Positions 1-13,757 of a DNA stretch of 64,000 bases are shown one piece after another. The position numbers and the translations under genes are program-made. Each line of letters opens with the position of its first letter. Position 1 is the stretch's first letter. The stretch covers positions 34,348,001-34,412,000 of the forward strand of contig OX597814.1 in NCBI GenBank assembly GCA_951406725.2, given 5' to 3'. Source of the DNA: Octopus vulgaris (taxonomy: Eukaryota). The notes below the pieces were generated by a model. The model was not told the origin of the DNA and did no database searches. It was given only the letters and a program-made list of their open reading frames with translations.

Positions 1-43
1 TGTAAGTTTTAATTAGATCTGACAGGTAGAAAAAGGGAGCGAT

Positions 44-168
44 TCACACCACATACACACACACACAAGTAAATATATATGTGCATGTGTAAGTGTATTT
101 ATATAACTGTTTATGTATACATATATTTATACGTATGTATATATATACATACATACATACATACATAC

Positions 169-215
<47 letters not shown>

Positions 216-254
216 AACACACACACACAAACACACACACACACAAACACACAT

Positions 255-288
<34 letters not shown>

Positions 289-429
289 GTACATATGTAC
301 ATACACATATACATACACACACGCGCTCTCACACACAAAATGGAGCGAAGGAAAATTGAAGACAGAAAGACAACAAAGTGTGAGGGTAAAATAGACAGAG
401 ATTATTGGAAAAATAACAGAAAACAGAGA

Positions 430-519
<90 letters not shown>

Positions 520-531
520 GAGAGAGAGAGA
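44..531. repeat. Compound microsatellite block (TA/TACA/CA, then long GA tract at about 425-531)
   Basis: Directly visible tandem dinucleotide and tetranucleotide repeats; explains all ORFs called here. Confidence 0.95.
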
Positions 532-864
532 GATGATAGGATTCAAAATGCCGAAACTAAACGAAATCGATTCAAAGTGTTTTGTAAAGTTAACAGTACG
601 GAAGGTGCGATGTACCATGATCTGGTTGTAGTGCGATTAACGTAATGCAAGGCTTGGCTTGGTATAAGCTATTCCAAAACTATGTATAACATGATGAGCT
701 ATATAAGTTGTGGTACAGCATGGTATACGGTGGTATCGTATGACACAATGTTACGTGTTATAATGTTGTTAGCTATAAGTTAGACGTGACTGAGAAGACT
801 TATGATGGAAAACATTCTGACTGAGACCATTTCGACTATTTTCCTTCTGTGAGGTTGAGAAGCA

Positions 865-1378
<514 letters not shown>

Positions 1379-2748
1379 GAGTGTATGATACATTTCCCAA
1401 GGCATACTGCCTTTCTTTTAAATTTTAAGACGATAATATCTGATTTGATGTAGATTTGGTTACTATTTCTAAAATGTGGAGCAGTATTAAAGAGGTTCTC
1501 TCATTGACATCGTGCAAGATACGATTTAAAATTTGATGAAATGTAGGTTTTTGTCGTGGAGTAGAGTCTGGTGTGATCAGATATAATAGTGTAGAATTGT
1601 ATGATGTGATGGTGTATCACTGGTGTCGCGTGGTGTGTCATGGTCCGATAAGCTGTGATTTGATATGGAGTACAATAATGGGCTACACTGTGGCGATATG
1701 CGATATGATGTATACAATATGCTGTAGTGTGGTATTACAGGATTTGGTTTACTACGGTATAATGTGGTTGGATAATGTATGTTGTAACGTGCTCTGATGT
1801 GTTATGAGATCGTGTGGTACGATGAGTGAAAGTGTATTGGCTTATGTTGCATCTTCGTATGATGCCGTGTGATATAGTGCAGTAGTGATTCCCAAATATT
1901 TTGATATCACGGTGTACTGGAGATTAAGATAAAAATAAAAAGAACGCATAGAAAGTTAAATGACATTGTTTCAAAGTTAAACACAAGAAAAACAAAATAT
2001 AAATAAAACTATTGTATAATTTTATAATAAATAAACAAAAGATTAAGAATGTGAATACTATGCGTCTTTTTCTTCTTAATTCCTGAATTTCAAATTTATA
2101 TACAAATACCCACCTCATCGTGAGGAGATGATTATCTCCCTTGAATTAACTGCTGTCACTAGGGGAAACCTCATGCATTGCTTATCTTGTTTTATTAATC
2201 ATGATTAAATCATGAATTACATGTTTTTCAAACCGTTCAAGAATTTGTATAAATTTTCTAATGCCTCTAGTTTTAAAGATACACAACACATCTAAATATT
2301 TGTGGTGTATCGTTTGGAAATCACTAACAGACAGAGTGATGAAATGAGATATGATGATGGTATCCGATTTGAAATGTGATATGGTGTGAAGTTGCATGGT
2401 GTGATATGTTCTGATATACATTGTAGGATTGTGATATTTGTTTAGATTCAGAGCAGCTCCGATCGATCAAACTTATGATCAAAGACATCCCAATGATGAT
2501 TACACCGTCATTTCAGAGATGTGCTAAGGTCTGATTTCATGTGGTATCAAAAATGTGAGGTAGGGTGGAGGTAATTTTATATTGTACAATGAGATATGAT
2601 CTAATAAAATGTGAGGTAAGTGGTATGCGATACAGGATTATGTTATACTGTCTTGTAGAATTTTGTAGCTTATGGTATGAATTGATGTGATGTGATTAGA
2701 TTGTGACATTGGTACGGAAGGTTTTAGTGTAATATGTGGCGAATTATA

Positions 2749-2946
2749 AGGCGATGAGCTGGTAGCATCGTTAGTACGCTGGACAAAATGCCTAGCATTC
2801 ATTTCGTCCATTTTTACGTTCTGAGTTCAAATTCCGCCGAGGTCGACTTTGCCTTTCATTCTATCAGGATCGATGAAATCGGGCACTGGAGTCGATGTAG
2901 CCGGTTTACTCCCTCACTAGAAATTTCTGGTCAAAATTTGAAACTA
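2749..2946 (+). mobile_element. tRNA-derived SINE (family B)
   Basis: ggcgatgagctggtagcatcgttag head, B-box-like gagttcaaattcc and core gccgaggtcgactttgcctttcat; same as copies at 7350 and 22729-23118. Confidence 0.85.
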
Positions 2947-3479
2947 ATATATGATTAATTAGGTGATGTTGTTGTTAAGTCCCAAACCGACTCTATCTAA
3001 ATAAACCCATGAACAAAGGCGTTCCAGCTATGACCAACCCGTCTTTCGAGCTATACACGTATTTCTTCTCTTCGTTGAAGACGGTAAGCTATGTGATATA
3101 GTATAAAATGTAATGGTTTTATGTTGCATTGCGATGAGTAGTTTAGTTGGATCAGGTGCGCCGTTGTTCGAAATGAAATAATTGCGAATTTGTATAGTTT
3201 ATGGCCATGTTTCTGTGAGAAGAATGTTCGTTTCCCCCTCTCTCACTTTCTCTCTTCCTCTCTTCCTCTTGTCCTTCATCCTTTCATTTGCCAAAACAAT
3301 AAAACTCCACTACGACAACAGAACCTTTATGTACTTGCATTGAACTACATTCATCAAGAGATTTTAGCTTCAATTTTGATGAAATGCTCATACACATACA
3401 CACGTACACACATCTATAAATACACCTTGTATACATAAATGTGTGCATGTGTGAATATGTGCGCGTGTAAATAAATATA

Positions 3480-3965
3480 CGAGGGGGTACCCAAAAGTAA
3501 CCGGAAATGTTCTCTGTGAAACAAGCCCATTGTTGTTCGGGCTTCCGCCGTTAGAAGCCACTTTATACAACCCTCAAGCATTAGTCTGTCGACCGGCGTT
3601 GTCGAGTGGGGTTATACTTCCGCGTGATGCGTCTTTGTTTTGCAGTGCTTCTCCCCTGTTTGTCGATATTTTGCGATGGCTGAAACGAAGGAACAGCGTG
3701 CTTCCGTGAAATTCTGGGGAAAACGGCGGCCGAAACAGTTGTCATGCTTCAAACAGCTTACAAGACCGTTGCCATGAACAAAACGTAAAGTTACGAGTGG
3801 TTTTCCCGCTGTCGCCTGAAGACCAATCTCGTTCAGGGCGACCGTCGACCACCCGAACGAATGAAAGCATTGTCACTGAACAATTGACAAACTTGATGAT
3901 ACGACCGGTGTGTCCTGGAGCTCCTGTCAACGAATTTTGAGCAAGGAATTGCGAATGGAAAGAGT
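3480..3965 (+). mobile_element. 5' relic of a mariner (DD34D-type) element with decayed transposase N-terminus
   Basis: TA followed by cgagggggtacccaaaagtaaccggaa (TIR-like end); from ATG 3676 reads MAETKEQRASVKF..GKTAAETVVMLQTAY..YEWFSR..EDQSRSGRPST across frameshifts and a stop (mariner HTH region). Confidence 0.8.
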
Positions 3966-4049
3966 TGCAACAGCAATTTACTCAAAATAACTGCCCCCAT
4001 CTTTCTCCATGACATCAAGGCAGCTCAGGAACCTGACGTATGAGTTCTT

Positions 4050-4690
4050 CACCGTGACCCTGGGAAGGTCTTCGAACACATCCTTGATCTTGGCCACCAG
4101 CTCGGCCTTGGTGTTGTAAGAAGAGCGGTTGGTGTCGTCTTAACCGCACCCCATACTATAATCCATGGGATTACAATCTCAGGAATTAGGACGCCAGAGA
4201 TTGGGGCTAGTGAAATCCTCCGGTGGTATAGCAAGGAGCCAAATCATATTGTCACACATAGAGCCCACCAGCAGCAACCTTCTTCACAATCTCCAACAGC
4301 CTCACATAACCATCTGAACTGAGCCTAAGGCCCTCTTCAGAGATGTTGGGTGACATGACACTACCTTCACCGTTGACGTACCCAAAGACCATCACAGTTT
4401 GGGGCAACTTGGTTTCCATGATGTCCATGTTACGTCTTACAGCTTTTACAGTGTTCACAGAGCATTGAGCATCAGTCATGATGTCAGCATTTTGGTACTC
4501 TGCATGAATCCTCATGATGCAGATAACTCTTTTCCAATATTCAGATGGCTTCCAGTCCTCCATGTCAGCTAACTTTTTCCCAACTACAAATTTAATATTT
4601 ATTCTCTCGAACGCCTTTGACTTTACCAATACATTAAGCTATTCTGAAAAAGGAGACAAAAAGTCGTCAAATTTAACTCAAATATCTTGT
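4050..4690 (-). mobile_element. Decayed Tc1/mariner-superfamily transposase, maT (DD37D)-like, internally deleted
   Basis: Reads TKLPQTVMVFGYVNGEGSVM..GLRLSSDGYVRLLE..AAGGLYV*QYDLAPC..WRPNS*DCNPMDY.VWGAVK, matching the maT-type YVWQQDSAPCH and WPPNSPDCNPMDY motifs. Confidence 0.75.
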
Positions 4691-4911
4691 ATTTACTTAC
4701 ATGCACATACGCTTCCCTCTCACCTATATCACACTCACATCTATACACTCTTTTCTCCTACACCTCTTATCCTACACTTGCACAACTTCACACATCTCTA
4801 GCTATGCACCTGCAACCAACATTGCTCATCTTTCTATATGCCTGTCTCCCTACATGGATACATACATGCAACACAACAAACGCCTTGTCAGTTTAAAGGA
4901 TTATCGTAGAA

Positions 4912-5066
4912 ATGACGTTTATATTTCGGTCGTAAAATTGCGAACAAACCACCCTTATTATTTATAATTTTCACTTTTACTGTTTAAGACATTAACAGTA
5001 AAAGTGAAAATTATAAATAATAAGGGTGGTTTGTTCGCAATTTTACGACCGAAATATAAACGTCAT
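4912..5066. repeat. Perfect 73-bp inverted repeat with 9-nt loop
   Basis: 4912-4984 is the exact reverse complement of 4994-5066; loop taagacatt. Confidence 0.95.
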
Positions 5067-5302
5067 CAATGTGACTGAGGACTCTAGTCAGCACCAGCAT
5101 TGCTAGAAATAAGAGTTAAAACCACCCATAGCCACAAGAAGCACCTTATCTTAAATGACTGACAAAGAGTGCAAGCTTTCCCAGCACCTAGGCATAGCCA
5201 GATCACAGCAGTCTCGCGTTCATATTAATGCTCGTCAGTGATTCTCACCCAGCGCCTTGGGTTAAACTCAACTAGCCTTGTTAGTTTATATATATATATA
5301 TA

Positions 5303-5577
5303 TCACGTGACAGATGTTACTACACATCGCTGGTCACAATGCGCTTTGCATTGTTTCAGCCTTCAAATGACGCCACCCCGCTGGCCAAGCGAGCAGGCCA
5401 ACAGAAGAAAGAGCAGCGAAAGGGTACAGTAGGGATCGCCACCACCCCCTGCCAGGGCCTCGTGGGGCTTTAGATATTTTCGCTCAATAAACACTTACAA
5501 CGCCTGGTCTGGGAATCGAAACCGCGATCCCACGACCGCGAGTTCGCTGCCCTAACCACTGGACTACTGCGCCTCCA
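5303..5577 (-). mobile_element. tRNA-derived SINE (family C), flanked by (TA)n
   Basis: Minus strand begins tggaggcgcagtagtccagtggttagggcagcg...ggtttcgattccc (A-box and B-box-like tRNA head). Confidence 0.8.
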
Positions 5578-5650
5578 TATATATATGTACATGAATATGT
5601 ATATATACATGTATATATATACATACACACACATACATACATACATACAT

Positions 5651-5699
<49 letters not shown>

Positions 5700-7121
5700 C
5701 CACAGCATAAAGTATAGAGTGTTCTTATTCGGATATATGATACATTGACAATCAAATATATAAATTTCACTCACACACACACCACATATAATGAATTGAA
5801 TGGTATTCACTCATACATACAGATATACGAACAAATACACACATTAAACATAAACACGCATGGGCAAGTTATTTTTATTTATTATATCTCATTTTTTCTC
5901 CAGTCTTACTTTCACTTTCTTTCTTCCTTACTTTCTAATTTTCAGATTCCTGTTTCTACATAACAAATAAGTACACTTTGAATACACTCACTAACATATC
6001 AGGAGACAGAGTGACAAAAAGAATTGAAAAAAAAAGTGATACTAGGGTTAAAATAGTAAGCAAGTGAGTATAGATCTCTTTTGTGAAGTTGTTAAAGAAT
6101 ATAAAGATATGCTGACATTAGTCTCGTATCATCTATGCATTTATATACGCATTTGAACACATATGTACCTGCAGTCTTTGTCTCTCTATCTATCTCTCAC
6201 GCGCACAGCAGACAAAAAAGGTGTTTTCCTCGGGGAGTCTGGAGATGGCAGTAATTTCGATTTGATTCTTTTTCTTTTATCTTATCGAGATTGCTGGACT
6301 CATGTAAACTTCACTTAGACAATATAGTCGGCGAAAACGGTAGGACGTAGAAAAAAGCTTCAGGCGAGCCAAGTTTTGTACAGATCACGTGTATCAATGG
6401 AAATCTTGCCAAAGTCGACGTTTTATTTTTCATCTCTTTTGGTTCGAGACAACGTCTAAAACATTATACCGATTTCGACCAACAATGGCGATGGATCGGG
6501 AGAATTAGTAAAGCGCTAGACTTCATATATTGAAATGCTTTGTTACATTTGTTTGAGTTCAAAATCCCCTTAAGGTTGACTTCGCATTTTATCCTTCATG
6601 GATCGATAAAATAGAGCTTCTGTTTAGTCAGCTAATATGCTACCGATATAATAGTAGGTGAGTCGTTCTTATCCAGGTTATGATTTTGGAATCAGACACA
6701 GAGAGGCGAGTACAGCCAAGAAAGTTCATTTTTCATACTTCATTGGCAGAAGAGCTCTGAGTTTTAAGGAAATATAATTTGTACTGAATGCTGTTACTGG
6801 TGGGTTTTATGACAGATCTTTTTCGAGCAACTGAGATGATCATGTATGATTCCTTATGGATTGAATTGCATTGACTAAGTAGGCTACACGATGAATCCAA
6901 ATAGGATAGATATGAGTATTTATTTAGACTTTGTGCAGCGGCGTCTCTATCTCTTCATTCAGTATCCAGCTTGCTTGATTTGCTCATTTACCTATGATAC
7001 AAATGTATCCTGAACATACCAGCTTGTAATATCAAGAAAATTACATGAAGTATATTTATATGAGACAAAGAGAGAGAAGGTAATTTACACACACACACAC
7101 ACGCACACACACACACACACG

Positions 7122-7153
<32 letters not shown>

Positions 7154-7349
7154 CACACGACAAATAGAGAAAATATAATTTTATTCTTACAAACATTTAA
7201 CATATTTTCTGAGAAAACATGCTTTTACGTTTGAAAATATACTCTGCTAATTTACTTAATTACTTTAAAAGGATTATTTTTCTATTCAACTTTTCTAATG
7301 CAATAGAAATTGCAATACTTGTTGGTATACAATATTGTAATCCTTTCTA

Positions 7350-7565
7350 AGGCGGCCTGCTGGCAGAATCGTTAGCACGTTAGCAAAATGTTTAGCGGCA
7401 GTTCGCCCGTTTTTACGCTCTGAGTTCAAATTCCGCCGAGGTCGACTTCGCCTTTCATCCCTTTGAGATCGATAAAATAAGTACCAGTTGAGCACTAGGA
7501 TCGATACAGTCTACTTACCCCTTCTCCCGAACTCGCTGGCCTTGTGCCAAAATTTGAAACCAATA
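7350..7565 (+). mobile_element. tRNA-derived SINE (family B), fairly intact
   Basis: ctggcagaatcgttagcac head, gagttcaaattccgccgaggtcgacttcgcctttcatcc core, ggccttgtgccaaaatttgaaacc tail. Confidence 0.9.
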
Positions 7566-9303
7566 TTCTAAGCCTGTTTGTCAGGAGCTCAAAAGAGCAA
7601 GTTTCTATTGTTTTCAACCCTGGAAAAAGCCCCAAACTATTAACAATGGAGAAAATAATGTTTTCAAATTGATTCCAGCTATTTTGAAACTTTGTCCTTG
7701 TGCCTTGTTGATATTCATTGCATATGAAAGAAGTCATTTAAATTTAAAGAACACATCTCGGGATCAAATGAATTCTTGGAATTAAAACTTCTCCTTACAT
7801 GACTTGCTTCTGTGACGTGTTATTCTTTATCACCAGGCGAATCTAATTGTAAAATTGAGGGACATGTGGATTTCTAAGGAGAATAGTGGAGTATTTTGTT
7901 TCAAAATTAGCTGATGTGATGGCATTCTGCAAGCATTCAATAAGTTTAAAAACTCTATATCTCTATGGGGTAATTGACCACTTCAAAGTGACTTACCACA
8001 GAATCCAAAGATATATATATAATGGACTCTCCTAGAATAAGAGCTAAAAACTTAAAATATAGCGCAGTTAATGTTTAATTTATTGAGTTTGTAGAGCTCT
8101 TGAATCCATTGATAATTGTTAACGTATAGAGAAATATTTGGGTTATACTTTTTCAATCAAATTATTTACATCTCGGGTTTCATATCATTGAGGTAGTATT
8201 TGTATTAGCCCGTCAATGTCACAACCGGGGCTGATTGATTGGTTATAAACCCTTCAAGGCTGTGCTCCATCGTGACTGCAGTTTATATATATGCACAAAT
8301 ATATACATGTAAACTCATATAAGTATGTATGTATGTATGTATGTATGTATGTATGTATGTATGTATGTATGTATATACTCACACATATTTAGCAACACAA
8401 TTGAAAGAAGGGGGTTTAAGATAGATCAACATCTCTACCTAGGCTCGTGCATCATCGCTTAAAACCCCAAACAAGCTATTTAATAAGAACATCAATCTAA
8501 GTATTGCAGCACAGAGAATGCTGGTAGCACCTCTAAAAGCAACCTTCAAAAGGCTATCCATCCCAGGTGCTGAGGATGTTGCTTTGGTTAGCAATTAGAA
8601 AGCAATTACAAAGCTAAAGGAACTGGTCTCTCATTTTTAAAAGTTTATATTTCGTCATTGTATATAGAACTAAGGTACATCCGGAGTGGGTAGCATCAAA
8701 TGAAGAAATGATACATCGTCATATCCGAAGGCAGTTTCAAGAACCGTTTCCTTAACTACATGCCCCTCATAAGACACCTTAGCTTTGTTACCACATTTAT
8801 CAGGGCTGTGTGAATGACGAATACAGCACAATCAACAGAAACAAAGCAAAATTATTGTCAATGTGCAGTACTGAGAAATACCACCATTTAGCCCAACAGC
8901 TCGATAATTGCAAGAAGGTATCCCGGATTGTTCATTTTATATTTGTGTATGAATGTGCGTGAGCTGTATCTGCATGCCTATATGTGTGTATATTTGTGTG
9001 AGCATGCGCGCACATGCTTTCATGTTCCTGTGCTTGATCGTGATTGCATGTGTGCATGCATGAGTCAGCGTGTATGTCTATGAGCATATCAAAATATTTG
9101 TGCGTGTACATGCGCGTGCGCAAGAGTGATTGAGAGTATACGCGATATGATTTGCATGTGCGTGTGCATATAAGTATGTGAACATATTTACGTGTGTAAA
9201 TGTGCATATCTGTGTGTGCGTGTGAAACTTCATCGGCGATATTTAAATTCGGGATTGTCATTTGATTTATCAGTAATGTTCACGTTACTGTTCGTGCCAT
9301 CAA

Positions 9304-9410
9304 ATGAATTCACAGCCTCAGTTTTATCACCCAGCCTTCGTCATAGTTATTACATTTCCACTGCTACATTCCTGCCTTACATACAAAACTGTCCCGTTAT
9401 TTTTTTTCAC
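9304..9410 (+). CDS. Possible first coding exon encoding a signal-peptide-like N-terminus (speculative)
   Basis: aaATGa start, reads MNSQPQFYHPAFVIVITFPLLHSCLTYKTVPLFFF in unique sequence, ends at consensus donor GTAAGT (9411), phase 2. Confidence 0.25.
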
Positions 9411-9709
9411 GTAAGTGAAACAAATGAACGGACAGTGGATTGTTTCTAAGTCACACGTTCTCTATATTTAGTTATACCCAACTCCCATTTCTTACACACA
9501 CACACGCGCGTGACACACAAACACATATACACAAATATTTGTCATCGTCGCTGTCGAAATTGATGTTTTGATAGTCTGTTTATCTAAAGCAGACCAGACA
9601 GAGGTAAAATACTGTCTGTAACACAACAAATGTTTATGCGTGTGTGAATCTGGACATGTGTATCTTTATATACACTTGTCTGATTATATAATCATCAGGA
9701 TTCAAGCGG

Positions 9710-9710
<1 letters not shown>

Positions 9711-9794
<84 letters not shown>

Positions 9795-9795
9795 C

Positions 9796-9861
<66 letters not shown>

Positions 9862-9918
9862 GTCTGTCTGTCTGTCTATCTATCTGTCTGGCTGTCTGTC
9901 TGTCTGTTTATCTATCTA

Positions 9919-9966
<48 letters not shown>

Positions 9967-9972
9967 TCTATC

Positions 9973-10010
<38 letters not shown>
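9711..10010. repeat. (TCTA)n/(TCTG)n microsatellite
   Basis: Direct tandem repeat. Confidence 0.95.
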
Positions 10011-10192
10011 AGTCTATTCATACATACATATACGCATACATACACACACATACACACATAAATACACACCTGAATCCTGAATATGTTTAATCAACACGCG
10101 CATACATGAAAAGATGTTGCTGTATACACATTGATAGGTATATATATAAACATGCCTTACTGCATGAGTGCATATGCATATGTGATTGTGTG

Positions 10193-10227
<35 letters not shown>

Positions 10228-10228
<1 letters not shown>

Positions 10229-10355
10229 CCCAACTACATGAGTCCGGGTTCAGACCCACTGCGTAGCAACTTGGGCAAGTGTCTTCTATTATAGCCTCGG
10301 GGTGACCAAAGTCTTGTGAGTGGATTTGATAGATGAAAACTGAAAGAAGCCCGTC

Positions 10356-10421
<66 letters not shown>

Positions 10422-10525
10422 GTATGTGTTTATGTTTGTGTGTTTGTTTGTTCCCCCCCCAACATCGCTTGACTACCGATGCTGGTGCGTTTACGTTCTC
10501 GTAACTTAGCGGTTCAGCAAAAACA
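10228..10525 (+). mobile_element. SINE family A, truncated, with internal (TA)n
   Basis: gggttcagacccactgcgtagcaacttgggcaagtgtcttct...gaaagaagcccgtcg...ttagcggttcagc. Confidence 0.85.
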
Positions 10526-10768
10526 CAAGACAAACAATACAAGGAATATTCCTCTTCATCAGCTGTCCCTGGTTCGACTCCATGCGTGTTTCGAAGGTGA
10601 GGACAGAACACGACCCTCCGAACTAATCCTTCCTGCAAAAGAATTAAATAAAATTCCTTTGTCTTGTACTCTGTTTTTTCGTTGTTAAAAAAAGTCCGTT
10701 TCCATGTTTGTTTTTATGTTTTCGTTTCTCGTTGAGTTCTACGTCTATTTGTGTTGTCCTGTCCTCAT
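10525..10768. mobile_element. Probable PLE terminal-repeat remnant made of two oppositely oriented pieces
   Basis: Minus strand has ccttcGAAAcacgcatggagtcgaaccagggacagCTGATGAagaggaatattcc, similar to 14240-14415; plus-strand piece resumes at about 10657. Confidence 0.45.
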
Positions 10769-10773
10769 ATATG

Positions 10774-10804
<31 letters not shown>

Positions 10805-10930
10805 GCATGTATATATATACATGTAGATGTAGGTACGTACATATATGTATGTATGCATATATTTTATTTATTAAATTATGTATATACATATATATATACA
10901 CACACACACATATATATATGTATATATATG

Positions 10931-11005
<75 letters not shown>

Positions 11006-11251
11006 GTATGTATGTATATGCATATGCACACAGACAAACCACACACAGATGTGTCATGTAATGTACGTAGACGTTTAGTATGTGAGTATATATGCGAATA
11101 TGATATTTTGTATATGTATAAATATGTGTGTTTATGTGGGATATATGCTTTTATGCTTTATGGCTGTATATGTTTTCGTATGTCATCTAGCACTTACGAA
11201 TTCCTCTAGTATGGATGTATGTATCTCAGACCTTCTCTACTACCTTCACTC

Positions 11252-11287
<36 letters not shown>

Positions 11288-11362
11288 CATATATGCAACC
11301 TAGAATCCAGAAAATGGGAAAGTCGCGTTAATATTTATTAACTGCAAAAGTTCAACATGTTC

Positions 11363-11563
11363 ACTTACAACTGTTTTGATTTGGCCCAAATGAATCAAAT
11401 TCCAGTAATGAAAACATATTATTGGGAAAAATCTCGCCAGAGGAGTAAAAAAGACATATCGTCAGTTTATTACATGTTATTCTTCCAACATATACTCCTC
11501 TGACGAGATTTTGCCCAATAAAATGTTTTAATTACTGGAATTTAATTATTTTGGCAAAATCGA
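11363..11563. ncRNA. Inverted pair of degenerate hammerhead-like motifs (PLE terminus-like)
   Basis: Plus: CTGACGA (11500-11506) then gattttgcc...ggcaaaatc stem II then GA; minus copy 11447-11363: ctggcga...caaaacagttgtaag. Confidence 0.5.
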
Positions 11564-12176
11564 TTCTTCTTTTGAATATCTATTAATCAAAATTTATATT
11601 TAAACCGATTATTTTAAGAATATTACTATTTACAACCAAATTATAAGTACAAACCAATAATTCTTTGGATATTTTCTATCTTTCATATATATATTGCTTT
11701 ACTATAGTAGTAAATTAGCTGCATACTGCTGCTTTCATCTCTTAGTGATTGGTCTTAGTTATGGTTACTTTATGACTTGTAACTTTTAATTTCCTAATAT
11801 ATATATAATATTAGGGAATATTATACCAAACTTACAGGGAAAAATTGAATTTAGTAATACTAAATCAAATTTCACAATATATAATATATGCATATAAATT
11901 AGAGAAGTTCCAAACTTTTATCAATGCAACAATGAAATAACAATGATATAATTAAATTATACCATATAGAAAAAATAGATATACAATAAAGCCATATACC
12001 AATAATTAAGTAAAGTATGAAATAATAAATAAAAAGTATATAATTGGTAAAACGACTATACGTGTTTCGTGGCTATATTTACAAACTGATAACAGTAAAA
12101 TCAATTCAATTAAATATAGTCACTCTTCAGGTCTAAGATAAAAACAATAAAATTATTAAATAAATAAATATACGTA

Positions 12177-13443
12177 CGAGGGGCGTTCAATAAGTAATGC
12201 CCCTGACCCACTTCCCATAGCAATAGAGCAACGAAACTTGGCACAGTTATTAGTCTTTTTCGACATAGGAACCACCCAGAGTTACGCATTTCTCCCATCG
12301 TTTGATGCGGCTCTGGAGACCGTTTTTGTAGAAGAACCCAGCTTGGTCCTCCAACCTCAACGTGACTTCAGAAATCAAGGCTGCATCATCTGGGAAACGC
12401 TTTCCTTTCAAAAACAACTTCATGATTGGGAAGAGGTGAAAATCAGAGGGTGCAAGGTCAGGAAGGAGTTCATAACCATACGCCTGTGCTTCTGATCTGG
12501 CGACAAGCGAGTTGTGGACCGGAGCGTTGTCCTGCAGGAGGAGGATGCCTTTGCTGATCTTGCCCCGCCTCTTGATCTTGATAACTTCTCTTAATTTCCT
12601 CAAAAGTGAAGCATAATAGGCTCCTGCAATTGTGGTACCCTTTGCCAGGAAATCTGTCATCACTACTCCGTCCTAGTCCCAGAAGACTGTGAGCATGACC
12701 TTGCCAGCGGAGGGCTGCACCCTTGCCTTCTTTGGAGGAGGTGAGTCACGGTGCTTCCACTGCATTGACTGGGCTTTGGTCTCTGGATCATCGTGATGGA
12801 CCCACGTTTCATCCTGTGTAATCAGTCTTTTGAAAAATTTTGACTCATCTTCTTGGCACATCTCCAAATTTACCCTCGAGCACTCGACGCGTTCTTCCTT
12901 CTGGAAAGGCGTGAGCAACCTGGGAATCCATCTGGCAGACACCTTTTGCATATGCAAATGGTCATGAATGATAGTTTCCGCAGACCCGGTACTAATCTTG
13001 ACCTCATGGACTATTTGGCGAATAATTATGCGTCGATCTCCCAAAATGGCAGCCTCAACTTGACGGACTCATCAATGGCAGAAGGGGACGACCAGATCTG
13101 GGAGCTGTTTCCACAGAGTTCCGACCATGTTTGAATTCACGATGCCAGCGTTTTACAAGGTCATATGATGGGGCATCATCATCATAAGTTACTTTCATTT
13201 CATCAAAAGTCTCCCGTGGTGTGCGTCCTTTCAAATACAAAAACTGGATCACTGCTCGACACTAAACAGGCTCCATTTCACACTTGACTCGGTTCAAACA
13301 CCTGTAAATCAGAAACCACAATTAATTCAGAGCTGTAATTTGTCACTTACTCTATAGAGATATAAATAATTGCACATGCAAAATTTCAGCTAGATCAAAC
13401 AACTGCAAGTGGGTCAGAGGCATTACTTATTGAACGTCCCTCG
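12177..13443 (-). mobile_element. Full-length mariner transposon (1267 bp) with TIRs and TA target duplication
   Basis: TA|cgaggggcgttcaataagtaatgcccctgacccactt at left; aagtgggtcagaggcattacttattgaacgtccctcg|TA at right. Confidence 0.95.
12250..13276 (-). pseudogene. Mariner DD34D transposase pseudogene
   Basis: WIPRLLT, DETW, QDNAPVH and DLAPSDFHLF motifs; stop at codon 5, frameshift near 13070, stop at 12673-12675, and 6 codons missing from the (H)PPYSPDL motif. Confidence 0.93.
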
Positions 13444-13619
13444 TATATAATCTTGTAAGAAAATATAAATAAATATAAAAATACGTAATTTTACAAAATA
13501 CAATAATATATCATAAAATAGAAACACGAAATATCTTAACAAATATACTTGGGTACAAATAAAACTAGAATTAATAGAAATAAATATTTATTATATGTAT
13601 GAAAATAAATTTTTACTTT

Positions 13620-13711
13620 GTCTGTGCAGCAGATCGGAAGAAAAGATGAACACGTGTAGAAAAAAGATGGACGATGGTCACGTGTGAGCCACGAGAGAGT
13701 AAAGGAGGAAA

Positions 13712-13757
<46 letters not shown>

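Noticed and set aside
5505-5577. tRNA-like sequence (also near 24870-24936 and 16500-16570)
   Set aside because: SINE heads continuing into SINE bodies, without a complete cloverleaf
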